From positions 1,674,001-1,738,000 of the forward strand of contig JAMWBK010000006.1 of NCBI GenBank assembly GCA_029953675.1: a stretch of 64,000 nt of DNA, written 5' to 3'. The notes under the pieces are model-generated. The model worked only from the letters and a program-made list of their open reading frames with translations. It was not told the origin of the DNA and did not search any database. Position numbers and translations under genes: made by a program. Shown here piece after piece: positions 34,534-47,606 of this stretch (positions within the stretch are counted from its first letter, which is position 1; each line of letters starts with the position of its first letter). Origin of the DNA: Rhodosorus marinus CCMP1338 (lineage: Eukaryota > Plantae > Rhodophyta).

Positions 34534-36397
34534 CTATTCATCCTCATCAGAGTCTATGACGCGGCTGAGCTTCTTCCTCTTCCTTTCCTGCTCGCCCGAA
34601 CCTTTTATGCTCATGAGGCGCTCGCCGGCATCATCCTCTTCCGAGTCGCTTTCATACCTGGATTTTCTCTTTTGTTCATCTCGCGGCTCCTCCTTCAGGT
34701 AGTCACAGAAAGCTCAGGTCAGTGCCAATGTACGAAAACAACCCCACTGCTTCAGGACTTTGCTCAGTTCTTCTCGTACCTCATAGTCATCTTCGTCATC
34801 TTCCGTGTCACCACCAGCCCTGCTCCTCTCCAGAAACTTCGAAGTCATGCCGTAGCCATCTCGCTCGATGTTCTCGCGAAGCAGCTGTTCAATCACAAGC
34901 AAATAAGAATAAGCCGAAGGGTTTCAGTAGTGACCTTGGCGCCTGGCTTCCCAATTTCAAAAAAAAAACGCGAAAATTCTTGTACCTTCTCTTCTCGTCT
35001 CTGTTTCTCCCTCTGCCGTCTGAGATGAGCCCGCTGCAGTTGTAACCTGGATTCTTCCGCCATTTTCTCCTCTAGTTCTGGAGCGTTCGTAGTGTCTTCT
35101 ACCACGAGCATCCGCGAATTTCCGTGTCTCTTTGTTGGCATAGGCCGACGTAGTCCAGCGACGGATTGAGTTGAGGCTGGTCGCAGTTGCCACTTAGATT
35201 CCAGACACGATAGTGAAGTTTAGTTTGATGAAACAGGGCTTTCATGACTTCAGCACGCGCCGCAGTTTTCCTCAATACCTTCTTCTCGACGAGCCCCTCG
35301 GATACCTGCGTCTGGGGATGTCTTCGAAACAGGTATGTAAGGCCCTCCAACGTGTTCTGTTCAACAATCTCGAAGTGCTCCGAGCCAACCATCAGAGTTT
35401 TGGATCCATCGCTCCACTTGACCACTCGCGCGTTGCTTTCTGCGAAAGTCAGCGGGTCCCGTATTGTATCAAGGCTTTCGTTTGCCAGCTTTGCGGCACT
35501 CCATCCCTTCTTGAACCGCCATCTAACCGTGGTCCGGTTCTGACGATATCGGTCCTACGCACAATAAATGGTGAAGCGTACACAATTGAATACCGTCAAA
35601 CTGGGTGGGTTCTTTCCACAAACCTGCAGTGTCCGCACAACACACCTTCGAGCCGGTTTCATCCAGTTCATCAAACGTCGACGGATCGAAAGGGAAAGAC
35701 TTGAACGCGAGCTGGTTCGGGAGCCGCATCAGAGCGCGCTCCGACATTGGCGTTGTTGACAGCTGGTTTCAAAAACATTGCCCGTTACGATCTTAAGCGG
35801 AAGTCGACTTGCTAATCAGTTGCAAGAAGCTTCCTTACCCTTGGAATCTCCCTCTGGTCTGCAACGAGCCTGTAGAACTTGCTTCGCGCGGAGTCCTGTA
35901 GAGAAATTTCTTCTTCTTCTCCATGCGCAGTATCTCCTCTAGGAGCGTCCCCGTTGTCATCTTCTTCCTCATCGTCTGACACCTGAATCCTCCGATGCTG
36001 TCCTTGACTGGTACCATTGCCATGGCTTTCGTCATCTGAACCCTCTGCCGGCACCGATCTCTCCTGCAAAAAAACAAAAACGGGTTCAATCAGGCTAGGG
36101 CTCAGGTCTAAGACGTGTCGTATCAGGAATAACAGGATACAAGAATCATACCTCTTCTTCCCCTTCTGCCCTCTGATTCGTATTTTCAAGATCGGATTCA
36201 GAATCATCATCCCCGAAGATATCTCTACGCGACGCCTCGTGATCGCTATCTTCAGATTCCCCCGAACCACTCCCACTCTGCTTCTCATCCTTGCTAACCT
36301 CCTCATGCTCCTCCTCATGCTCCTCCACATCCCTTCTGTCTTCCCGTGTCTCCCCACCACTCCCGCTCCCGCTCTCCTCGTCACTGTCAGAACCCAT
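34534..36397 (-). CDS. LEO1: Paf1 complex subunit Leo1
   Basis: Acidic S/D/E-rich N-terminus; LMRLPNQLAFKSFPFDPSTF and ESNARVVKWSDGSKTLMVGSEHFEI match the Leo1 domain; acidic C-terminus ...SRVIDSDEDE*. Confidence 0.9.
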
Positions 36398-37531
36398 CTT
36401 CCCTCGAAAGCCCGCTCCCTTGCCTTATATCTCGATCCAAACTCTACAAGATCAACCAAAAACGGCTCGATCAGCCCTTGATCAACGCAACGATCCCGTC
36501 TTCCAACGAAAAGCCTTTCACCCGCCCCAACCCTCCCATTCATCTTGCTCTGTCTCTGTAGGCACTTTACTGAGGGGATCGGATCTCTTGGTTTCGGCTT
36601 ACCTTCCTCCTTTCAGGATTGGTTTCTCTGAACAAACGAGGACGAACAAGCAACGGATTGGTGTCCTTGGACAAAGCAAGGGGAGTCACAAGTGTGTGAC
36701 TTACTTTGGGGGTGAGGGTGGGGTGTGTGTATTACTGTGACCGCCCCGACGCTTTTCGTAGGCCTCTTTGAACTGTTTTTTTTTTGTGGCGTTGTATCGC
36801 GGCCCTAGTTTTGGAGGTAAGCGCTGTGCGGCCTTCCTAGTGAACGTCGCTCAGGGAATATGTATTCTCCTCCCGCTTCAAAGCGCAGCCAACTACCTAA
36901 TCGCAGGGGCAATCCTCGCACACAATAAAACTTCAGGGTGTGTTTGTACTGCGGACGAAAATTTACCGTAATAATGCCTCTACGCAATGTGTACATTATA
37001 GTTTAAATAAAATTTATAGAAAATATATACGTTACTACGATAAGCCGTTAAAATTGGGCTTGGAGAGGACAAGCTTGAAGGCAGACGCTTGTGTTATCAA
37101 CTGTACTGTTCTGTTTGGCTCAACCAGAGCTTGTTTTGTAAAAGAAAAAACCATCAAAATTTCACATCGCCTTGAAACGCTCCCTCACCCCCCCAAGAGG
37201 CCTCAGGGTGCTCCCATACAGTTGTTTTATAATAGAGAAAACAGACAACATTTGGGCATCGCCTTAAATTCGCTCAAAAACCACTTCAGGGTCATTACGC
37301 TGGAAAAAGGTATTATAGAAGAAAAAGGCACAGACGTTGTACACCGAGTTGGATGATAAAAAGAACTTCAGGGTGATTATGTTTTTTTTGTGTATGGGAG
37401 TTTTTTGTTTGTTTTTCGAAAGAAACATGTAAAATTTGTTTTTAACGTTGGCTTTTTTTTTCGAGGTTCAGTTGAGATCTTGAAGAGGATGAAGAGGATG
37501 AGGAGGGATGGGGATGATTGGGATGGGGAGT

Positions 37532-37549
37532 GGGGGGGGGGGGGGGGGG
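37532..37549 (+). repeat. G18 homopolymer in a purine-rich upstream region
   Basis: 18 consecutive G. Confidence 0.9.
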
Positions 37550-37877
37550 ATAAGTGAAAGGGAATATGGAGGTATGATGGAAAGGAAGTAAGGTTTTTTA
37601 CAAATTTTTTTGGAAAAGAGAAAATACATGTAAGATTTTGGATGGTGGTATGAATCTCTAGTCTTGGATGATGTTTTTTTTTTCTAGTTGAATGATTGCC
37701 TATGGGAAGAAGTTTGGGTATACAGATTTGGTAGAGTGAGGGAGGAGTTTCTGTTTTTGTTTTTTGGGGGGCGGGGCGGGAGAGGGGGGTGGGGGGTTGG
37801 GGGTGGTGGTGTTGGGGTTGCTATTATTTTGTTGTTTTGAGGAGGGTAAGATTAGTTGGAGAGGGTGCGCGTATTGT

Positions 37878-39184
37878 ATGGATTTATCGGGAGCTCATCC
37901 CTCTGGACAAGGGGATGAGAGGGTGTATGAGTTGATGAAGGAGTTGACAAACCCCGAGCTTGTAAGTTTTGCTTCCTTTTTTTAGATTTTACGCTGTCTT
38001 TTTATTTCGTTTACGCTTTTGGGGGTTTGTCCAGTCATCCATTTGGTTGTAGAGGAGGTTGTGCTTTCTCCCGTTTTCTGTATTTGTATAAGCGCTAACT
38101 CGAGTTTTCGTGGATGTGTTTTGCAGAGAGCGAGTGCGCTTTTGGAGTTGAGTAAGAAGCGAGAATCAGTTCGGGATCTTGCTCCCATATTGTGGAGGTC
38201 CTTTGGAACGATTGCAGCCCTGCTGCAAGAAATTGTAGCTATCTATCCACTCCTGAGTCCTCCAGCACTCACAGCTCAGGCTTCAAACAGAGTTTGCAAC
38301 GCACTAGCGCTTCTTCAAGCAGTTGCTGCGCACGGGCAGACGCGAGGTTACTTTCTCACGGCCCATATCCCCCTTTTCCTGTATCCATTTCTGGACACTC
38401 ATACAAAGTCGAGACCGTTCGAGTACCTTCGACTCACTTCGCTTGGTACGCATCCGGGATAAGGAACTACTACACTTGTCTACGTGCTTGAAGATGGGCT
38501 TAAATACTGACAAAGACCGAATCCTGTCTCACTCTTCTTTTGCCAATTCAGGTGTCATTGGCGCGCTTGTAAAGGTCGATGACTCAGATGTAATTCACTT
38601 TCTGGTGATCACTGAGATTATTCCTCTCCTCCTGAGGATCATGGAAACTGGTTCTGAGCTTTCCAAAACGGTTCGTATCCCCCGAGCCTTCATGGTGCGC
38701 TTTCCTTTCTGAGTATGAGCTCCGAGCTGATCGTAGGGTTCCCACGTGTTGTAGGTGGCAACTTTTATCGTGCAGAAGATCCTTTTGGATGACAAGGGCT
38801 TGAACTACATATGTGAGACCGCCGAGAGATTTTACGCTATTAGCACTGTGTTGTCAAACATGGTGTCTGCGTTAACGGAGCAGCCATCAGCAAGGCTTTT
38901 GAAGCACATCATCAGGTGCTACTTACGGCTAAGTGAGCATCCAAAGGCAAGGGAGGCGCTGACTCAGTGTCTACCAGAGGCCTTGGCTCAAGGAACCTTC
39001 CGCGCGGTATGAAGACAGCAACCCAGATGCTCCGCCTTGTTCCTTCTACCAACGCGTACATGTTAACGAAAGCACGTGTGTGTCTTGAAATTAGGTGCTT
39101 GAGGATGATCACGCGACGAACCGCTGGCTCGCTTCGCTGCTATACACGTTGGGGCTTTCCAGGATACAGACTGAGCCTATCTAA
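37878..39184 (+). CDS. CNOT9: CCR4-NOT subunit Rcd1/CNOT9 (5 exons)
   Basis: [10 protein letters not shown]...[20 protein letters not shown]...[12 protein letters not shown]...[19 protein letters not shown]...[20 protein letters not shown]...[14 protein letters not shown]. Confidence 0.97.
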
Positions 39185-39600
39185 TGTAATGTGAAGCAAA
39201 TCGATGGAGCGGGCGAGAGCAACAGAGGATTGTCGACGGCCAAGGTTTGAAAATAGGCTAAGTGAAGTATCGTCACAACTAGAAGCTTGCTTGCCTTGGC
39301 AAAGGCCTGCGATGCATAGTTTTTCTTGCGTGGGTAGATTGCGATGGCCACTACCACGGTGGTGGTTCCACTCACGAGCATCCTTTATACATAGTCTGTC
39401 GGCTTTTTTTTTCTTCTGATAATGGAATCAGTGCACAAAAAGAGTAGATTTCCTTCTTTTCTTAGAAACGACTTGGGAAGACCTCCTGTATCTTTTCGTC
39501 CTTCTTGCTTGTTCTTGGCACATTATTAATTACTTTCCAGAAGTCCATAAATGTTCAATAAAACGCGATTTCACAATCCGCTCGACCGGCTGGAAGTGGC

Positions 39601-40907
39601 TTACCACCCATACTTGGCCCCTAGGCAGAGTCACATGAACAAAAAAACTTCATGTCAGAACTCTTACGGGCGGATGGCTCTTCCCACGTGAGCAGTGTTC
39701 TTTGTGTGGATAGCAAGAAATACTGAAACATACACGTTTCGCGTTTAGTACGCATTCCACGATTTCGTTTGTCCTCCAGTTCCACTTGACGAGAAGCGAG
39801 ATCAGCAGCCAACGAAGTGATCTGGGACTTTCTCTTTTGAGTTTTTGATGATGAACTCAGGCCGCCGTGGGTTGACGCCTATTAGTTTCCAAAAGCAGGA
39901 GATGCTTAGCAAGTTTCTCTGCACGAGAGCCAAGCCAGGATCCAACTTACTGAGGCCAAACGCTGTTGCCGGTAGCCCTGCTCTTGTGACTTCAGTGTTT
40001 CTTCAGCGCCCTGTCCCCTAAAGTTTAAGTTGTCGGCTTGGTTCACCTGAGGAAAAGGGAATTTGCAGATCAGGAAAACAGTATGTGAAAAGAGGATTCG
40101 TGGAAGAACAGCTGGGGGTTCTTACCTCAAGCACATCACCGTCCAGTTCTATTCCATCTCGTTCCAGGTCCTTAAGGACCGCCGCTGGCAATTCGCCTGT
40201 GCTTGGTCTTCCAGCTGCGACTGTTTGCTCTTCATAGATATGATGTTCTAGAAGCAATGAAAAAGAAACCAGCCGACAGAGCAAGGGAATGAGGAGTCAA
40301 ACTTAAGAATGACTTCGCTTGAGACCATGCATCTAGTAAGACGCGCGACGTACCTGCTCGCTCCATGTCTTGCGCATTGGACTCTCCTGATCGCTCCACT
40401 TGGGCTGGACGTGGAGGTGCTCCTTCAGGCTCAAGGGCATTCTCTGACTGCACAACTTTTCGGCGAATAGAGAATGGGTCCCGGTGCAGTATTTTCCTCT
40501 TGCGTGTTTCAATAGATGCAGCTTTTCTCGTTGGCCTCGGCGCGGAACTTTCCACGTTCTTGGGGGTTGGCAAAAACGAGTTGAATTTCGACCTGCTCGT
40601 CTTCGCCTGCGGGTTGTCGGGTTTGCTACTCACAACCTTGGCCTTCACCTCCTCTACATCCTCATCATCTTCAAAAAAAGAGAAACCACATCACTATATC
40701 AGCAGCAGCTGTTTTCGGCCGAAAACCAACAAAGAAATACAACCAAATGAACATCTCACCCTTTACCACAGAAATCGCAGAACCACCAATCTGCCTCAAA
40801 GCCTTCACAACAACGACCTTCTTAGCATCCTTCTTTTTCTCTTCTATATCAGGCGCCTCCTCCTCCTCCGAGCTCGACCCGTAATCCGCTACCAAGTTTA
40901 GACTCAT
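39601..40907 (-). CDS. PRCC: PRCC-like protein
   Basis: N-terminal MSLNLVADYGSSSEEE and spliced C-terminal KRKSQITSLAADLASRQVELEDKR...RTKRETWAKYGW* match the PRCC C-terminal motif. Confidence 0.8.
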
Positions 40908-41220
40908 ACCTTAAAAATAAACACCGACCACGTCCCAAATCAAAGCCTGGCCTCACCTTTTCAAGCCTTTCACAAACCCTCCTCACTACTTAAAAAGCTT
41001 TTCCTCCGGCAAAAGCTCATCGACGTTTTCTAAACCACTGCAGTCGGAACCTGATACACGCTCTAACGCTCCTCTTCCACCCCAAAACAGTCTTGCAACC
41101 TTTTCCAAAAACAGCACGTAACAAGATGCTTCAAAAAGTCATTCCAGTCGGAACAACGTCACTAATCAAAAAGCACCCTCCTCTTCAGCTGTGTTGCCTA
41201 GTCCTTGAGTACAGCCACAT

Positions 41221-41870
41221 CCACCTCGACCTCTCGTCCAACTCCAGCGCTATGTGAGAGGAAGCTGATAGAGCTCTCAGCGGTTTCACTATCGTACCCA
41301 AACTAAAGACGACGACTTCCTAAACCCACGTCGTTGACGAAGGACTTCTCACACCCCGTTGTGGGTGAAGAAGGGCTTTACAAGTCGCTTAGCCACAAAC
41401 CACCTCAACCTCTCTTATAACCCCAGAGCTGTTGTGAGAGGATGCTGATAGTCACCGTACGCAAGATATCCTTTTCATCAAGAACTCTCACCGGCTTCAC
41501 TATCTCGCCCGTCAAAATTTGACGACATCCTAGTGCTATAAGAGGCTGATAGAGATCTCAGCGGTTTCACTATCGCACCTAAACTAAAGACGGCGACTTC
41601 CTAAACCCAAGTCGTTGACGAAGGACTTCACACACCCCGATGTTGATGAAGAAGGGCTTTACAAGTCGCTTTAGTGACAAACCACCTCAACCTCTCTTCA
41701 AACCCCAGCGCAATGTGAGAGGAGGCTGCATAGTAAACCGTACGATAAAATATCCTTTTCATCAAGAACTCTCATCGGCTTCACTATCTCACCCCATCCG
41801 AATTCGACGACATCCTGCCAAATCCCCGTCGTTGATGAAGGACTACTTTACCAGTTGTTGATGAAGAAGC
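41221..41870 (+). repeat. Higher-order tandem duplication (~281-bp period, with internal sub-repeats)
   Basis: Copies at 41264-41531 and 41545-41816 share long near-identical tracts; partial copies flank both sides. Confidence 0.9.
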
Positions 41871-42038
41871 AGGGGCTTAGAAGTCGTCGTCAGCTTAAGT
41901 CTTTTGGGGATGGTGATTGAACCATATCCTGAGAAGCTGCCTAAATTGGTTATTCTGGAAAAGAACCAGAGAGGCTATGGTAGTGCTCTAAGCATTAGGG
42001 TGGGTGGCAGCTACAGGCTGTTAGGGCTGTCCTAGGCA

Positions 42039-45000
42039 ATGGTTGGAACTGCGGATCCGGAGCTGATGGCTCTGGCCGAGTCATTTCAGGTGGCGTCGCA
42101 GGGTTTGCAGGTAAACTGAAGTGAACAGAATTCTCCTAGACCTTGTTTGGATGCTTTTTTTATTCGGGAGTTCTTAAAGTTTTCTGTTTTTGTTTTTTTG
42201 GGGTTTTTTTTCTTCTTCTTTGGTGGTCTGGATTGGCACAGGTTCCCTCAGCGAGAATCGATTCGGAGAGAGCTCTGCTTTCGCTTCGAGACCACCCGCG
42301 CTCTGTCGACCTGGCGATGTATATTTTATCTAGCAGCGGCGACCCATTAGCCAGGTTCCAGGCGGCAATCGCGCTTCAGCATGCAGTGGCGACGAAATGG
42401 GTTGGAATGGACGCAGAGTTCCGCTATGGCTCGAACAGTTTAAGGGTTTGGATAGTGACATCTTTGGCACAGCTCTACTCCCGAATGGAGAACTATGGTG
42501 AGTCACCCTTGCGGAGTTTCTGGACTTTTTGGGCGCTAGTCAGCAGTTGCCTGAACTCACCTTTCAATACCTAGAGCGCCGGGAATGGCTAAGAATAGAG
42601 GGAAAGATCTCCTCTGGAGCGATGGAAGAGGAGCCGCGAGAGTCCTTCAGAGGCTTCTTGTCTTATTTATGCGATGGTCTAAACAGCGAGGGAGGCTCAG
42701 CGGACTCAAGCACAGTATGTGCACAGGCATTGTCTGAGATCGTCGACGAGCTCACCGCAAAGGATCCAAGGAAAGCGGACAAATTTGAAGCTGACGAGGA
42801 AACTGTTTCAAGCAAGAGGTATAACTCGGACGCAAATTGGAGATCCCTCCGCACCGGGTCAGGAGTCAACTTAGTTCCGCTTTCCGTCCCATTTTAACGT
42901 CCAGGCGCACCTTCACTCGAGACCACCTAATTTTCATATTTATTGCAGCGGCGAAAGCTGTGGCAACGTTTAGGACGAATGTGATTCCGCCATGTGTTGC
43001 TATCATTGAACGAGTAGGTTGCCAGCAGGGTCTCTCGCTCCCATCTACTTAGAAAACAGGAGGTTGTTGGATTGGTTTGACTAACCAAAAACTAGCATCT
43101 TGGGCAATCACTGCTTAGGTCCTGAGCTCACAGATTGGGACGAGAACGTTTTATACCAGCGTGGCAACGGACCGAGAGGAGGCTAACCATCTCGCGCATT
43201 TGCTCCATAGTTGGCAAGAGGCTCTAAAGGTCTTGCCGGATTATGTCGATCATCTTTTCAAGATTTACGATGCATGCAAGACAGCTGGTGAGGCGAAACA
43301 GTCCGAATCGTTGATGACAATGCAGTGGGTTTCATTTCTCACGATGAACTGCGTTCGTGGTTTCGTTTTGAAGACGGCGATATGTCCGATCTAATGAGAT
43401 CATGCCAAAATTCGATGATTTATGCGAGCGGAATACAGCCGGAAGTTCTCGGGCAGCCAGGGACAGTCATTCTGAAGGTATTGCTGCTCGCGGTTTTTGC
43501 TGTCCTTGGAACTATGGGAAGGAACGGATTTTGTAGCCGACTGAGAACGTTTTCTGTGATCTTTTGCGCTTGGATTGCCTAGATCGTGCATCAAATGGAG
43601 GAGAGGAACTGGTCACATTCTGAGTCAAGAGACGAGAGGCTTGCGTACGCGGAGTTCACGAAAAGCCTGCTCGGGACGTATAACCTTGAAGGCCTGATTG
43701 AAATGGAATCTCGACTTTTGCAGTGTGAGGCATCCGCACCCGTCACAACTATGCTACCTCCTTGTTTGATCGTTCTGGGGTTATTCTGAACTTCCGTCGC
43801 TCCAGGCCTCGCAGAGCGGACAGTATCCAGCATCCCACTTCTTGCCAGAGGAGGGGATGAAGATGATAGGAGCTTCAACATTGAGACCCGAGACGTTTAT
43901 ATGGAGGCATGGGCAAAGCTTTGCCTATCTTGCGGTCCCCAGCTGCGAGAGGAGCTGAATGAACCTGTGGACACGATTTTTCGAGCGTACGTGCGGAGCG
44001 AGTTGCTGGCAGCTGAGTATGTAGTTGAGGAGCAGGATGAAGAAGAACAGGAGGAGCTCGAGGACGAGTCCAGGGAAGAGGTCGCTTTGGAATGGGCTGC
44101 GATCTTAGCTCGTTTCTCCGTGTCTCGCGGGACTCTGAACTATTTGGGGGATCTCATCTCCAACTATGCCGACAGCTATGAACGGCAGGCCAATGGGTAT
44201 GACTTGGTCCCTCCTGGAAAGTGGAATGACGCATCTATGTTCAGCATGTTTCGCTGTGCTGACTGATACATGAGTGATACCCTTTTTCAGCTCAATCATC
44301 ACACAGGAGCAATTCTATCGACTTGTCATGCTTGCTGGATTTGTTCTAGCGGACGAGTATGATAGCTACCCGAGCATCCCGGCAGCTTTTGGAGTCCTTG
44401 TTGAAGTTAATAATCATGGGAATGAGAACCACAAGTCTGTGCACAAGGCAACCGATGTTCTCAGATTGTACGAGGCTCTTCTTCGCACCGTAGAAGCGGA
44501 AAGAAACCTCATCCACAGTGTGAACGTTGGATCCGATCTCGCCTCGCCGCGACTGGGTTGTGCAATTGTCGCCTCCCTTTCTCGAGTATCATCTACTTAC
44601 CTGCTTCCAATATCTCAGCTGGAGGGCGGCGCTTTCGACTTGATTCCTCATGAGAATCGTGTGCGAGGAAGAACCGCGGCGCTCTCCTGCAGCGCGTTCA
44701 ATATTGTCTATCGGCCTTGGGAGCCCAGTCTAGCGGTAGGTGGGAAATTCGTACCACAGAGGAGCTGTTCTCTTCTAACCTCATGATTTCTTGGTACAGG
44801 ATGCGGCTTCATCTCTGCTGCTCAAGCTTGCCAAAGCCTTGGCGCCGCTGAGTGATCAAGGCCTTCGCATGTTTCCTGAACTACGCAACGAAGAATTGTG
44901 GTCCTCCTTGTTAGAATCCTTGTTCGGGGACGAACCTGGGCAGCCTGGATCATCCATGTCTGCCCTTCCTAAAAGATCACAGCGCTCTGTCGGTGAGGCA

Positions 45001-46687
45001 CTGATTAGTGGTCGCCGTTCCACTTCTTTGGAACTTGTTGAGGGGTTGTTCAAGGGCTTGGAAGCCGTGCTCAAGGTTGGTCCGGACAACCCGGCGGCCC
45101 TGGACGCGGCCAGTGTTTGGGTAAGCACTACATCTCAAACTTTCATGACATTGCGGGAGAGGAGGGTTCACTTTTCCCCAATGACTTTGTTGCTCTGAGT
45201 TTCGAGCTTCTTCCCCCGTGGATTAGACAAACGTGCTCGCTGGATGCGCCAAGAGCGATCTCGTAATGCAGCGGGAAATTGCCCCAGTGTTCCTTCGCGA
45301 GTTGCGAATGTCGGCAGTTCACGTGGTCAAGCTGTTCGCAAGGTCAAGACCCGAAATCTGCCGTGATGTTAACAAGCTAACAGAGAGGTGAGTGATCCTA
45401 CAACCTCGGATTCTTCTCAAGTCCGGTGTGTTATGAGCCCGCTGACAATTTCCACGAGTAATTCGTGATTAGATTTTCCTCGAGTTTCCTGGTTTGCGCT
45501 AGCCAGCAGGAGACAGCAGCTTTTATGACTACATGCGCATCGATTTGCGCTTCCCAGGCGGAGTTCATGAAGGAATCACAAAAAGAGCTCCGTGGGGATG
45601 ATCGGGCAGCGATTTCTGCCTCAATATTCAAGCTCCTTAGAAGCCTTTTAGAGAATGAGGTTCTAGATGTTAACACGGAAAGTCTGAAGAAGTGTGGATC
45701 ACTTGGTACGTCCTGTGAAGTTCTAAGGACTCCAGCAACTCGTTGGCTTTCGGGGTTTTCTCATTCGTCATTTGCTTTGAAAAGCAGGAGCCTTGTCGAT
45801 GCATGATGCTGCAGATGTTGTCTTCTTTGTTCTACCATTGCTGATTCCGTTGATAAGTGATGACTTGATGCTGCCAAAGGTAGGAAGACGCTTCTCCCCC
45901 TCATCTCCACGCAGTGTCTCAGATCCGTGTTTCTTCCCGCTTTAGGTGCGCGCGAGGTACACGTTTGTTATTGCTTCACTTGTTCTCAACCACCCTGGTG
46001 GGGTGGTTAGCTCGAGTGTAGAGATGCTTGGGCACGTGATTATATCGCTGCAGACGCAAATGGTTGACCTGAACCAAGAGATCTCACGACGCGCTTTTGA
46101 AGCGGTCAGCGCGCTGGCGGGGTACATGCGAGGGAAATCCATGAGAGGAGAACATAGCAACTCAAAGGCGGAATCGGACTGTAAAGAATTTTTGCTTCCA
46201 ATGGTACGGATCGCTTGTTAAGCCACAGGGTAGCTTCTTCGGATATCGCTTACCCTGCAGTCGTTTCCATGTCTGCTACTTAGATCGTTGAAGGTATCGC
46301 AACTGGGAATATGAAGGTGCAAGGCCGGAATTGGTGCGCGAACGCGCTTCTCGATCTGATGATTTTGGATCAGGATTCTTCAACCTTTCGAAGTGCTGGT
46401 GAAGCACTCCTTGCTCGCTGTGGTACCATCAGCGTTTTTCATCCCCTCAATGTAGTTTTGACGAGTATTGAATCTATCAACTCGACGCCCTTCGATTAGG
46501 AAACCCGGAGAATCGTTCAAGGATGCTACACGTCCTTCAGTCAATTCACGAGTCTGCAGAGAAGGCCAAACAACAGCTGCATCATGGCGACGTAGGAAGA
46601 GCGCACCAAAGAAAAGCTCGCGAAGATTTCTTCTCCGACACGTTGGAGTTCAGTAGGAAAGCTCAGGCCATTTTTGGTATGGGCTGA
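42039..46687 (+). CDS. XPO4: Exportin-4-like importin-beta family protein (many exons)
   Basis: N-terminal ALLSLRDHP...LARFQAAIAL..AVATKW, central QEQFYRLVMLAGFVLADE..PSIP, and C-terminal LLDLMIL...SAGEALLA resemble XPO4; HEAT-like helical exons throughout. Confidence 0.75.
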
Positions 46688-46810
46688 TTGTCCGCACCGG
46701 TGGTTTGGCAGACGACCCTCACTCGGTGCGGCTCATGCCGCGTGGTATGGTCTCGACCTTAAGCATCGTGCATGCGGGTGTAAATATCTCAGTAGGTGTA
46801 AATATCGGGT

Positions 46811-47570
46811 TCAAAGGTCAGTTTTTGTATTGCGGATTGGAGTCATTTTGGAGAGCGCATAGAGCAGAAACGTGAGGTGATACCGATTCCCTGGGAGTTT
46901 GATCAGGATTTTGAACGCAGGCGACCGTTTGCAGGCACCGGCACACGGACTGTCCGTTGTTGGGGTATTAAACCGACTAGGATGAGACTTGAACAAACGC
47001 ATAGCAGCGTTTAAGCGATGTTGCACCAAGGCTTTTGGTGGGCCTGTGAAAGACAATGGGAGATAGATCGGAGGAGAGGCCTAGCCGAGTTGTCGCACGT
47101 ATCCGACGAATCATTAAAGAAATTTCCCAGGGCGGGAATTTGATAACTTGGGAACGCAAGCTTGTACCACGAAAACATGCCCGCCTAGTTCTAGTACGAC
47201 GGAATTCTGCCACATGCTCCCAGGTCATGTCTGATTCGAACCGAAGACGTGGGGTTTCACGGAGAGTGGTCGTGTACTTTACGAAGTTCTCCCCTTTCTG
47301 CTGTAGCAACGCGCGGGTGCCGACGACTATTGACGCGTCCATCCTGCGTAGTACTACTGACAGCGTCGCCTACCTTCGCCATACGAAGCTTCAGATTTTC
47401 AAACAGAGGAGGTACTCTACCGGAGCCTCCTGCTTCGTTCGGAGTGAAACCTCGGTACGATAGATTAGCGGTTGCTTCGGATTCACCACGCCCACCAAGT
47501 CAGAGTCAGACCTGACGTCATCACTGACTGGGATGCAAACTCTGAATGGAAATCCTCGCGAGTAGTAGTC
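46811..47570 (-). CDS. Hypothetical protein (unresolved exons)
   Basis: Exon-like frames (LLQQKGENFVKYTTTLRETPRLRFESDMTWEHVAEFRR; KALVQHRLNAAMRLFKSHP) bounded by plausible splice sites; no family recognised. Confidence 0.35.
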
Positions 47571-47606
47571 GTCGACATATCACCGTTTGTGGCCCATCAG
47601 CCTCAG

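Noticed and set aside
46977-47342. FRA10AC1 homology (DMTWE)
   Set aside because: Five-residue match only; the flanking conserved motifs are absent.
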